The notes under the pieces are model-generated. The model was not told where the DNA came from. It was given only the letters and a program-made list of their open reading frames with translations, and did no database searches. Both the position numbers and the translations under genes were made by a program. 64,000 nucleotides of DNA from Atribacterota bacterium (GTDB lineage Bacteria; Atribacterota; Phoenicimicrobiia; Phoenicimicrobiales; Stramentimicrobiaceae), in the NCBI GenBank assembly GCA_040767965.1, contig JAXGNR010000009.1, forward strand, positions 32,001-96,000, in the 5' to 3' direction. Shown here piece after piece: positions 12,281 through 22,725 of the stretch; position 1 is the first letter of the stretch; every line of letters begins with the position of its first letter.

Positions 12281-12306
12281 GGATACGAAGAAATGTCCCC
12301 TGTATC
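12281..12306. repeat. REP-like palindrome, degenerate copy
   Basis: ggatacgaagaaatgtcccctgtatc, similar to the copy at 12746. Confidence 0.5.
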
Positions 12307-12341
12307 GATTCTTTTTAGCTAGATGATAGATATTTTACTCT

Positions 12342-12502
12342 CTTACCGGAAATGTTTTAATAACTTAATACTATCTTCTTTCTTAGAGCTAGTGCTGTAT
12401 AAGATGATTATAGCTGGTAATTTGAGCAAATTAATTAAACATGGATATCTTCTTCTCTTTTTTGAAGATTTCTAGTATTGCTATTAATTGCTTGTTTAAC
12501 AT
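12342..12502 (-). pseudogene. Possible integrase-core transposase N-terminal remnant
   Basis: GGAG RBS then MLNKQLIAILEIFKKEKKISMFN*FAQITSYN, similar to the KKEK..ILDEF..TGY start of ISNCY-like transposases; stops follow. Confidence 0.25.
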
Positions 12503-12745
12503 CTCCTTACCCTCCCTGCCATAGTAAAGAGCTTTGTTCTCTCAATATAGAGGGGAGAAATCCCCTATAATTAAAATAATTTAGAGTACTTTTGCGTTTG
12601 AGGTATCGATAAAACTTGGAATACTTTTTTGATGAGGCAATTCAATATTTTGACATATTATTTAAACCATAATAAAATTGTAGCCATAAATAACTACATA
12701 ATTATAGATATATTTACAAAAAAGAATCAAAATTAAGAAAAACAT

Positions 12746-12772
12746 GGATACAGAGAACCGTTTCCTGTATCC
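12746..12772. repeat. REP-like palindrome
   Basis: ggatacag-agaaccgtttc-ctgtatcc, perfect 8-bp stem. Confidence 0.6.
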
Positions 12773-12801
12773 TTCCTCAAAAATGTGAAGGAGGATTAAA
12801 C

Positions 12802-13818
12802 ATGGATATGCTTAAAGATAGCAGATATAATTTGAAGCCGGAGTTTCCGCCGCATCTGTCTCTTGGAGTAAGCAAGGAAAAATTCATGCTGAAAACATGT
12901 GCAATCATGTCCATTCCATTGATCCTGGGGGTACTTGCAATTGGATGGCAAGCGCTTTGGCAGATCCTTATATCTTCCGGAACGGTTTTGATCCTGCATA
13001 CTTTAATACAGTTTTGGGAAAGTCAGACAGAACGCCGTGTTTCATATCCTACACCTGCATCACCGTTGGTACTGGCCTTGATAGTAGGTTTGAGTATGCC
13101 GGCTTCATCGCCATATACTGTGACTGTCGGAGTGGCTGCACTGGCTATGGTGATATTTAAATATTTACAAGGAAGAATTTTTACGCGCAAATTTGTAAAT
13201 CCTGCTGCTGCTGCAAAAGCGGTGTTGTTGACAATGCTTTCACTTATGATATTTTTTGAAAATCCCCTTCGGGTAGGCATGCTCTACCATCCCCATCACT
13301 TGAATCTGGATTTGTTGTCTTCAGCTGGATTTGCTAGTGCGATTTCATTCTATGAAACTGATACTTTGACGGCTGTGCAGAGCCTGATCTTTTGGAAAAC
13401 CCACGGTTGGATTGGTGGCGCTTCCGGGCTGGGAACGCTTGTTGCGGGAATAATAGCCTGTTTCTGGATTAGACTTAAATGACGCATTCCCTTAGCTTTT
13501 CTTTCAGTAATGACTGTACTTTCAACAGGAATGGGGCTTTTTACGGGAGGAGATCCTCTATCGCGTATTGCCCTGCATGTCTTTACCGGAAGTACTATTT
13601 TTCTGGCGTTTTTTATGGCTACCGAGCCTCAATCTACACCAATGCCGGAAAAAAGTCAGTACCTATTTGGTATCTCTTTAGCTGTACTTACTTTTGTTTT
13701 ACAGCTGGCAGGAGTACTGGGTGGGTCTATTATTGCCCTGGTAATTTTAAATTTATTCACTCCCTGGTTAGATAAAATTGGTCATAAAAGAGCTATAGGT
13801 ATGAAAGGAGGCAAGTAG
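12802..13818 (+). CDS. rnfD: RnfD/NqrB-family membrane subunit with an in-frame TGA at 13480-13482
   Basis: PPHL, NPAAA, GWIGG.S, LK*RIP (WRIP), FFMATEP.STP and NLFTPWLD; both ORFs share one frame. Confidence 0.85.
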
Positions 13819-13819
13819 T

Positions 13820-15106
13820 ATGCGCAGGTATTATGAAGAAAAACAAGGCTTCAGGATTGATGCTAAAATGAAGTTAGGCCTGGAACAAAATGCCTTCGAA
13901 GTAATTCCAACACCTCCGGCGATAATAGTTTTCCTGGATCAACATGTTGGATTTCCTGGAAAGCCGCTGGTAAAAGAAGGAGACCGAGTCTTAACGGGCC
14001 AAAAAATATCTGATGGCGAGAAAAAGCTCACATTACCTGTGCACAGTCCTATTACCGGTAGGGTGACCGGATTTGTTGAACTACGCCATCCTATTTCAGG
14101 AAAATTGAAGCACGCTGTAGCTATCGAAGCAGAAGGAGAAGAAGAGTGGATTCTTATGAAGCAGTATCCAAACTTTAAATCTTTAAGTAACCAGGAGATA
14201 ATCAAACGAGTGCGGGAAGCCGGAATAGTAGGACTGGGTGGGGCTGCTTTTCCAACATATATGAAATTATCCAGAGGATCTGATGTGGATCATCTGATTA
14301 TAAATGCTAAAGAAAGTGATCCCAACCTTGCCTGTGATATTCGGTTGGCTCTTGAACAACCTGAAGAATTGATTAATGGGATCGAGATTATGGCTCGCGC
14401 TCTGGAGGTAGAGAAAGTTACTTTTGCTACCAGAACTGAAGAAGGTGAACTCCTTCAATTTGAAAAGCTTTTAAAAGAGCGAGGAATAAAAATTGCTCAT
14501 ATCAGACCTTCGTATTCGATAGGTAGTGAACGTCTGCTGGTACGTGAATTGTTGGGCAGAGAGGTGCCAGTCGATCAATACCCTCCGGATGTTGGTGTTG
14601 TGGTGCATAATGTGGCCACCTGTTTTGCAACCAGTGAAGCTGTTATTAAAGGTAAACCTCTTATTTCCAGAGGTATAACTTTTTATTCCAGTAAAACCGG
14701 AGGAAGAAACTTATGGGTAAGAATGGGCACTCCAATTGAACATATTCTGAACTACATGAATATTTCTTCTGAGAACATAGATCGGGTTATCCTGGGATCA
14801 ATAATGATGGGCAAAGGCGCACCTGATTTAAAAACACCCATGCTTAAGTGTTTTGCTGGCGTGGTAGCATTAACTTCCGATGAACATAGTTTATATAAAA
14901 ACCCATCTCCGTGTATACGCTGTGGTTATTGTGATTCGATTTGTCCTGTGAATATTTATCCATCTTTGCTTCTGGAAGCATTGGAAAAAGGCAGGACTGA
15001 GATCCTTGATTCTCTTAATATTAACTCATGTATAGACTGCAATCTTTGTTCTTATGTATGCCCTTCTTCAATCAGAGTCAACCCCAAACAAAGAATGATG
15101 GGATAA
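13820..15106 (+). CDS. rnfC: RnfC (RsxC) electron transport subunit
   Basis: QHVG, VHSPITG, AGIVGLGGAAFPT and two ferredoxin motifs CIRCGYCDSICP / CIDCNLCSYVCP. Confidence 0.9.
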   Translation: MRRYYEEKQGFRIDAKMKLGLEQNAFEVIPTPPAIIVFLDQHVGFPGKPLVKEGDRVLTGQKISDGEKKLTLPVHSPITGRVTGFVELRHPISGKLKHAVAIEAEGEEEWILMKQYPNFKSLSNQEIIKRVREAGIVGLGGAAFPTYMKLSRGSDVDHLIINAKESDPNLACDIRLALEQPEELINGIEIMARALEVEKVTFATRTEEGELLQFEKLLKERGIKIAHIRPSYSIGSERLLVRELLGREVPVDQYPPDVGVVVHNVATCFATSEAVIKGKPLISRGITFYSSKTGGRNLWVRMGTPIEHILNYMNISSENIDRVILGSIMMGKGAPDLKTPMLKCFAGVVALTSDEHSLYKNPSPCIRCGYCDSICPVNIYPSLLLEALEKGRTEILDSLNINSCIDCNLCSYVCPSSIRVNPKQRMMG

Positions 15107-15484
15107 CTAACCGATTCTCCTTTTATTAAATTCTTAGAAAAATTTTATTTTTATAAATAATTGATTTTTTAAAATAAAGAGAGTATATTGAAAACAATAA
15201 TATATAACTATTAAATCATTAGCAATAGTTTAAATAATTATTAAAATATAAAACTTTATATAGCATCATAATGTCTGTAATTAAACTGTTAAATATAAAG
15301 ATAAAGACATATCTAAGTTTATTTATAGTTTAACTACGATATAAAGAAGATAACCATATGTTTCATTTATTAAGAAAACTACACTATTAGATTAGCAAGA
15401 AAAATAAGTTAATGTTATGAATTCCCAATTCAAATTTAGAGCATATTTTAAGAAATAGGAGGGTTTGCCTATTTAAAAAAGCTC

Positions 15485-15582
15485 TAAGCCGAGAAAGGTA
15501 AACCATCGGTAACGATGGGACGCAAAGTCAAGGGTCCCGCCTCAACTAATCCCCTCAATGGGACTGCCAGACTATCTGCTTA
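15485..15582 (+). ncRNA. c-di-GMP-I (GEMM-I) riboswitch aptamer
   Basis: GGUAAA-CCAUCG-GUAA-CGAUGG-GACGCAAAGUC...GUCCC/GGGAC...GCC-AGACUAUC; P1 taagc/gctta. Confidence 0.85.
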
Positions 15583-15710
15583 CTGCACCATGTTTATTTA
15601 TGATTCGAAAAGATAAATCATATTCAAACTAAACCCATTACAGCCATATTCTATGATGAACAATTATTTAATAATATTAAAGCATGTTATATAAAAAAGG
15701 AGGCTATTTA

Positions 15711-17919
15711 ATGAAATTAAGTAAAAAACTGGTTTCTGTTAGCATGTTTTTATTGATTTTATTATTTCTGTCGAGCTGCGGAATTATACCGCAAACACCT
15801 GAAGGAAAGATTTCCGGCCGGGTACTGATTCCCCTATTTGAAATGTCTAAGGATGTTAGCGGATGGATTCCCACAGCCAATGCCGTAGTCACTATTGTTG
15901 ATGCTTCTGGAGTAACCCATACAACAACTACTGATGAGGAAGGTTATTATAATTTTGAAGATATTACAGTCAATCCAAATACAGTTATTACTGCATCAGT
16001 CACTGTAGATGAAAATATTGTCATACTTAAAAATGTAATACCCCATGCAGTCACAGCAGGTGAAGACTATAATGCCGGTGAAATGACTCCTGAATCAACA
16101 GCATTGGCTCTGGTGGTAGAAGAACTCCTGGCAGAAGGCATGGATCCGGAAGATATTGACCATGAAGAGATAGAATCAAATGATAATTTTTCAGATTTAG
16201 TAGAAAAAATTACTGAAGTACTAGAAGAGGGAGGAGATGTAACTACAGATCCTGATATTGTTGATATAATAAACGACATTATCAACCCACCTGTACCTCC
16301 CTTCGCCACCATCACCTTCTCCAACTACAAAATTACCGATCTATAACCAGACTCAGAAGACATATCATGATACTATCCAGAAGGCGATCGATGCATCCGG
16401 TAGTGGTGATATCATTATTGTCTCTAAAGGAACTATATAATGAAAACATTGTTATTGATAACAAAAACATAACCCTGAAAGCTCCGACCCTGCAGATTCC
16501 GTTGTTGTGGCTGCCACCATCATAGACGGACAGGACTTGAATTCGGTGATAAAGATCCTAAACGGAGACAAATCAAACCTGGAGGGATTTACCATCCAGA
16601 ATGGAAATGAACCTGATTATGGAGGTGGGGGTATCTTTATCCGGCAGTTCTCCTGTGATCAGATACAACATTATTGGGGATAATATTGATGATGATATTG
16701 ACACAGGGAATTTTGGAGATTGTGGTGGTGGAATTGGTGTTGTTGAATATAGTGAAACACCACATATTTATGAAAACATTATTATTGGCAACTCAGCAGA
16801 CTATGGCGGCGGAATGTATATAGATTATGGTTCTCCTCTTGTTGAAAATAATACGATTAAAGAAAATACCAGTAAGTACGACGGCGGAGGAATTACAGTG
16901 TTTTTCAGCAAGGAAGAGGAATATTGCCCAACCATCAGGGATAATACTATTGAATATAATGTGGCAGATAATGGTGGTGGAATTGCTGTGGATGATTTAG
17001 GGATGCTATAATTGAAAATAACGGAATCAACAACAACGAAGCAATTTTTGGTGGAGGGATTTATGTTTATTACAAAGCTGATGCAGATATAAAAGGAAAT
17101 AATATTATTGAAAACAATAAGGCAGGATATGATGGTGGAGGTATTTATATTGATTCAGATGGCATCATCACTATTACCTCAAATACTATCAATAACAATG
17201 TAGCAAATATTGCTTCAGGTTCTTACTCCGGTGGAGGAATTTATGTGAATGAAACATTCATGGCGACAACTCCCACAATTGGGGGTACGACGGGAATTGA
17301 TACTGATAATTTTAACATTATCTGTGGTAACAGCCCTGACCAGGTGGATCCTGATGATTATCCTAATAATTATTATTATACAATTGGCGATACAGGACCT
17401 GCTGGTGGGATCATCTTCTATATTGATGAAGCGAGACAGTTTGATTGGACTTATCTTGAATGTGCACCCTATGGCTGGTATGATGGAGGAGAGGATCCAA
17501 TACTGGCTTGGGGACCATGGGATGGAACCTCGGGATCACCTGGAGATGGTGTAGGAACAGGGATTTATGATTATGAATCGGATCTTGGGCTGGGGGAGGC
17601 AAATACCACCCTCATTCTTGCTGAAACTGGAACATTCCCAGCTGCTGAAGCAGCAGCTGCATATACAGGTGGTAGCCAAACAGACTGGTTTCTGCCCTCG
17701 AAATCTGAATTGAGTCTGATGTATTCCAATCTGTATCTGGCAGGATTGGGAGGATTTTCTGATGATTCCACTAATCCACAAGATTTCTATTGGTCTTCTG
17801 CAGAAACTTCTCCTAACTCGGAATGGAAATTAGCTTGGACTAATTGTTTTGCAAGTGCAGGGCTTGGAGGATTCGATAAGACTTTGTCTTTTCGTGTTAG
17901 ACCAATCCGAGCTTTTTAG
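15711..17919 (+). CDS. Large surface lipoprotein: carboxypeptidase-regulatory-like domain, parallel beta-helix repeats, C-terminal DUF1566 (Lcl/CLec-fold); frameshifted
   Basis: Lipobox LSSC; TTTDEEGYY; Pro/Ser linker; repeated N.A..GGGI(Y); GDTGPAGGIIFY...DWFLPSK.EL...YWSS.E...VRPIRAF. Confidence 0.8.
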
Positions 17920-17943
17920 CGATTATTGTTTAATAGCATAAGA

Positions 17944-17990
17944 AAAAGAGAAGGGAAGATATGATTATCTCTTACTTCCCTTCCCTTTTC
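17944..17990 (+). terminator. Probable terminator hairpin
   Basis: gaagggaag ... cttcccttc stem followed by a pyrimidine tract. Confidence 0.5.
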
Positions 17991-18166
17991 CTATGCTATA
18001 TTCTTTTTATTCATTTCAAATTTTCTTTTTTGGTTAGTGCAATTATAGATGTTTTAGCAAGTTTAAGATAATTTAAAAAATGCAAATATAGAAACGAAGA
18101 AAAATGCAATGTATTTTTTCCTCACTACAATGATATAATGGAAAAAAATAAAAAAGGCAGGTATTT

Positions 18167-18523
18167 ATGGAAAGAGAAAAAATTAATCAGGAAAAGTTGA
18201 TTGTATTATGGACTAGTGCTGATAAAGAAGTAGCATTGAATATGGTTTTTATGTATACGCTGAATTCTAAAAAGAGACAATGGTGGAAAGAAGTTGACTT
18301 AATCGTGTGGGGTCCTTCAGCAAAGTTATTAACTGAAGACAAGGAATTACAAGATTATATCTTAAGAATGAAAGAAGAAGGCGTTATATTAGAAGCCTGT
18401 AAAACCTGTGCTGACAATTATGGTGTAGCCAGACAGCTGGAAGAATTGGGAATTGATGTGAAATTAATGGGAATGCCCTTGACCGAATATCTGAAACAGG
18501 GATATCGGGTTATAACTTTCTAA
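18167..18523 (+). CDS. DsrE family protein
   Basis: LIVWGPS and EACKTCA motifs. Confidence 0.8.
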   Translation: MEREKINQEKLIVLWTSADKEVALNMVFMYTLNSKKRQWWKEVDLIVWGPSAKLLTEDKELQDYILRMKEEGVILEACKTCADNYGVARQLEELGIDVKLMGMPLTEYLKQGYRVITF

Positions 18524-19245
18524 TACTACTTATTCATTATTTGATCTAAAAACTTAATAGAGAGATTAACTTCTAGCCCCTAATTAATATTACAACAGAT
18601 GAAAAACCATATGGTAGTCATATTGCTGCTGAATATTTAGAAGCTGTAAGAATAGACAGATATATAAAAATATAAGGTGTCATTTTGGATTTTCACTATC
18701 CTAATATTATCCCATTTGCATCGATACACTTTATAATAACTTTTAAGAAGTATGAAGTATAGTAAGAAATAAATAAATTTCAGCAAATCATTGATAATGA
18801 AGATTATAAAAAATATAACAAAATTATTGATTCAGTAACCTATGCGGATATTACTTTTGTAATAGGACTTGCAATATTTTTTCTCATTCTCTCTAAAAAG
18901 AAATTATCAAATTAAATTAAATAGCCTTTTATATATAATCGCTTTTTATTTTTACTTGTAAATATATATAATTTCTCCTATTTTGAAACAGGAAGAGTAT
19001 TCACAAATTGTTGGTATGAACTGTCTTTTTTCGTTTTTTTGACATTGATTTGTAATGGAATTATAATATAGTACAAAATAAACCACTACAAAGTAATCCT
19101 TACAAAAATTTCTAGCCAATAAATAAATCAGAAACAGAGCAATCATCAAAAATCCCAGGAATTCTTATTTTTAAAATAAGATTTTTGGAACTGTTTTTTG
19201 AAAAAAGTTATCTTGAGCTGTCAGGATAATGAAGGAGGTTCTGTA

Positions 19246-20751
19246 ATGAAAGTTTTATTTGTTTATCCTGCTTATCCGGAGACTTTCTGGAGTTACAAAT
19301 ATGCTCTCAGGTTTGTTTCTAAAAAAGCAGGTTTGCCACCATTAGGGCTATTAACTGTAGCTGCCTTGCTTCCATCCTGGTGGGAGAAAAAATTAATTGA
19401 TCTTTCTGCTGGAGATATACTGGAAGATAAAGATATCCAATGGGCAGATTATGTTTTTATCGGTGCCATGTCTGTTCAGAGAAAAACTGCCAGTGAGTTG
19501 ATTAAAAGATGTAAACAGCTGGAAGCAACAATTGTGGCAGGAGGTCCCCTTTTTACAACTTCTCCTCAAGATTTTGAGCAGGTTGATTATCTGATTTTAA
19601 ATGAAGCAGAAATTACCCTTCCAGAATTTCTGAAGGATTTAAAAGAAGGTCATCCCAGAAGAATTTACTCCACTAATAAAAAAGCAGATTTAAACGATTC
19701 ACCCATTCCTGCCTGGGAATTAGTTGATAATTTAAGAAAGTACAATACTTTGTGTTTTCAATATTCCCGAGGGTGCCCCTTTAATTGTGATTTTTGTGAT
19801 GTTACCCTGCTTTTCGGTCATAAAGTAAGAACAAAATCTGTTCAACAACTTATTAAAGAATTGGATAAACTTTATCAGCTGGGTTGGCGGGAGGGTGTTT
19901 TTGTAGTTGATGATAACTTCATTGCCAATAAACAAAAATTAAGAGATGAGATCTTACCAGGATTAATTCAATGGAATAAAGAGAAGAAATATTGTTTTTC
20001 TTTTGGAACACAAGCCTCAATTAACATTGCTGATGAGGAAGATCTGATGGTAATGATGACTGATGCAGGATTTAGCTCGGTATTTATAGGAATAGAGACA
20101 CCTCATGAAGAGAGTCTGCAGGAATGCCATAAAAGTCAGAACAGAAATAGGAATCTTATTGAATCTATTCATAAAGTGCAGCAGCATGGAATGCAGGTCA
20201 CAGGAGGTTTTATCGTGGGGTTTGACCACGATCCTCCTCATATCTTTGATGAGATGATTCATTTTATTCAAAAAAGCGGGATTGTGACTGCAATGGTCGG
20301 ATTGCTGAATGCACCGATCGGAACCAGATTGTATCATCGTTTAATGAAAGAAAAACGTTTTTTAAGATATTCCACTGGAAGCAATACTGATTTTACCATC
20401 AATTTTATACCAAAAATGGATTATCAGGAATTATTAAAAGGATATCAAAAAATACTCTGCACCATTTATTCTCCAAAGTATTATTATAAAAGAGTTTTGT
20501 TTCTTATTAAAAATTTAGATATTAAAAATTTCCAGATTAAGGCCAGCCGTTTTCGCTGGATTTATCTGATGGCCTTCTTCAGATCGATCTGGCATTTGGG
20601 AATAAAAGAAAGAGGCAGAATATATTACTGGAAAACATTTTTCTGGACACTTTTTTACAGGCCTAAGCTTTTTCCAATAGCAATCAGCTATTCTATAACA
20701 GGATTTCATTTTCGTAAGATATTCAATTTAGATAACAAAAAAATGGCTTAG
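19246..20751 (+). CDS. B12-binding radical SAM protein with C-terminal DUF4070
   Basis: YPETFWS, PPLGLLTVAA, SRGCPFNCDFC and GGFIVGFD.D; AGGAGG RBS before ATG at 19246. Confidence 0.9.
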   Translation: MKVLFVYPAYPETFWSYKYALRFVSKKAGLPPLGLLTVAALLPSWWEKKLIDLSAGDILEDKDIQWADYVFIGAMSVQRKTASELIKRCKQLEATIVAGGPLFTTSPQDFEQVDYLILNEAEITLPEFLKDLKEGHPRRIYSTNKKADLNDSPIPAWELVDNLRKYNTLCFQYSRGCPFNCDFCDVTLLFGHKVRTKSVQQLIKELDKLYQLGWREGVFVVDDNFIANKQKLRDEILPGLIQWNKEKKYCFSFGTQASINIADEEDLMVMMTDAGFSSVFIGIETPHEESLQECHKSQNRNRNLIESIHKVQQHGMQVTGGFIVGFDHDPPHIFDEMIHFIQKSGIVTAMVGLLNAPIGTRLYHRLMKEKRFLRYSTGSNTDFTINFIPKMDYQELLKGYQKILCTIYSPKYYYKRVLFLIKNLDIKNFQIKASRFRWIYLMAFFRSIWHLGIKERGRIYYWKTFFWTLFYRPKLFPIAISYSITGFHFRKIFNLDNKKMA

Positions 20752-21016
20752 AAAGAGATTATCAAATTATATTCAGCTGAAACCTGTTTTTCCTGCTCTT
20801 ATTATTTATGTTACCCAATTTATATATCTATGAAGTAAATATTAGTATATTATTGTTCAAAATAAATTATTTTATATCATATTCTTTCTACTTTTTCTTA
20901 TAAAAAATGCAATAATCAAAAAGTCAAAGATAAAAATAAAATTGACCTTTCAAAACATGAAGATATAAAATAAGCATAGAAAAGGAAAAAATTTTCGCAT
21001 AAAAGGAGAAAATGAA

Positions 21017-21832
21017 ATGGTGAAAGTAGCAGTTGTGCAGATCAGCTCAGCTGGGACGGCTAAAGAAAGCCTAAATAATATGATATTCAATATTGAAGAA
21101 GCTGCAAGAAAAAGTAAAGATCTGGATGTTATTGTGTTTCCAGAATATTGTTATTATCATCCAACAAATAGTTCAGAATCTGATAAAAACGGAGAATATG
21201 TTCCAGGTGCTTTTACAGAGAAAATTAGTGAGCTTGCCAGGAGATATCAGGTAAATATTATTCCAGGAAGCTTTGTAGAAAAAGAGAAGAGCGGTAAGGT
21301 TTACAATACGAGCGTTTTTATTAATAGAGAAGGTAAGATTCTCGGGAAATATCAAAAAATCCATCTTTTTGATGCAATTAATATTAAAGAATCCGATAAA
21401 GTAAAAGCGGGAGAAAAAATATGTGTCATTGAGACGGATATTGGGAAAATAGGGATAATGGTTTGTTATGATCTGCGTTTTCCAGAACTTGCAAGAAGTA
21501 TGGTTTTAAAAGGAGCAGATATTTTATTTGTGCCATCAGATTTTCCTACAGGAAGCGTTCTTCCTCCAAGAACTGATCATTGGGATATCTTAGTAAGAAG
21601 TACTGCTTTGTATAATTTAACTTATGTGGTAGCAGCTAATCAATATGGTATGCTGCATGGGAGTTATCCCTTCGGACGTTCCTGTATAGTTGACCCTTGG
21701 GGAACAGTTATTTCATCAGCAAGTGGAAGAAATGAAATAATATTTGCCAACCTTGATATGGATTATCAAAAAGAAGTCAGAGAAAGTGTTGCAACCTGGT
21801 CAAACAGAAAACCGGAAATTTATGAATTATAG
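21017..21832 (+). CDS. Carbon-nitrogen hydrolase (nitrilase superfamily, Nit-like)
   Basis: FPE, KIHLFD and CYDLRFPE catalytic triad. Confidence 0.9.
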   Translation: MVKVAVVQISSAGTAKESLNNMIFNIEEAARKSKDLDVIVFPEYCYYHPTNSSESDKNGEYVPGAFTEKISELARRYQVNIIPGSFVEKEKSGKVYNTSVFINREGKILGKYQKIHLFDAINIKESDKVKAGEKICVIETDIGKIGIMVCYDLRFPELARSMVLKGADILFVPSDFPTGSVLPPRTDHWDILVRSTALYNLTYVVAANQYGMLHGSYPFGRSCIVDPWGTVISSASGRNEIIFANLDMDYQKEVRESVATWSNRKPEIYEL

Positions 21833-21861
21833 AAATCAGATATAATTCATAAAGAAGAAAA

Positions 21862-22578
21862 ATGAATAAAATGAATAATTTGATTGATAGAATTAAAGAA
21901 GCATTAATCGAAAACATTGAAGAAAAAACCAAAGCAAATGCGCAGCGGTTTTTTAAAGAACAGGTTAAAGTATATGGTGTTAAAACAGCAATATGTACGA
22001 AAATAGCCAATCAATTCTGGCCAGAAGTAAAGGTTTTGAAAAAGGCAGAAATTTTTCAGGTATGTGAAAATCTTTTGGCTTCAGATTATTGTGAGGAAGC
22101 ATATATTGTAAGCTCCTGGCTTCCACGAATTTCTAACCAGTTTGAAAGCAATGACTGGATTATGTTTAAGGGATGGATTGAGAAATATATCAACAATTGG
22201 GCGAAGTGTGACAGTTTTTGTAACCATACAATTGGAGATTTTTTGATGAAGTTTCCGGAATTTATTACTAGATTAAAAGAATGGACTTTATCAGATAATC
22301 GCTGGATAAAAAGAGCGGCAGCTGTGTCCCTTATTATACCAGCCAGAAATGGATATTTTTTAACTGAAATTTTTACTATCTGTGATCAATTATTAATTGA
22401 TAAGGACGATCTGGTACAGAAAGGCTATGGATGGCTACTTAAAGTGACCGGTGAAATTTATCAAAAAGAAGTATTTACATATGTTTTGCAGAACAAGGAA
22501 AAGATGCCCCGGACCGCGTTAAGATATGCGATTGAAAAGATGCCGGAGGAAATGCGAAAAGAGGCAATGAAAAAATAA
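21862..22578 (+). CDS. DNA alkylation repair protein (AlkD-like)
   Basis: NNWAKCD, W.KRAAAV, VQKGYGWLLK and MPRTALRYAIEK. Confidence 0.85.
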   Translation: MNKMNNLIDRIKEALIENIEEKTKANAQRFFKEQVKVYGVKTAICTKIANQFWPEVKVLKKAEIFQVCENLLASDYCEEAYIVSSWLPRISNQFESNDWIMFKGWIEKYINNWAKCDSFCNHTIGDFLMKFPEFITRLKEWTLSDNRWIKRAAAVSLIIPARNGYFLTEIFTICDQLLIDKDDLVQKGYGWLLKVTGEIYQKEVFTYVLQNKEKMPRTALRYAIEKMPEEMRKEAMKK

Positions 22579-22725
22579 TCTATTTGCAATTAATTAGTAC
22601 GGCAATTAGTGCATGTTTAGGACAAATTATTGAATGGGAAAAATTAAATAAAACTATTTTTACCATGTGGTTTATTAGGTTATTGAAATTTGGTATAAAC
22701 TGGAAATGTATATGGAGAAATAATT

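Noticed and set aside
13480-13482. Alternative genetic code (TGA=Trp/Gly) or selenocysteine
   Set aside because: TGA is the normal stop of intact genes here (e.g. 3494-3496, 28721-28723), Trp is encoded by TGG elsewhere, and the aligned residue is Trp, not Cys
18530-19190. Coding-like fragments and ORF 18952-19149
   Set aside because: No family motif or RBS; cannot be distinguished from AT-rich intergenic sequence
17785-19200. Complete DGR cassette
   Set aside because: No template repeat, avd or reverse transcriptase found in the window
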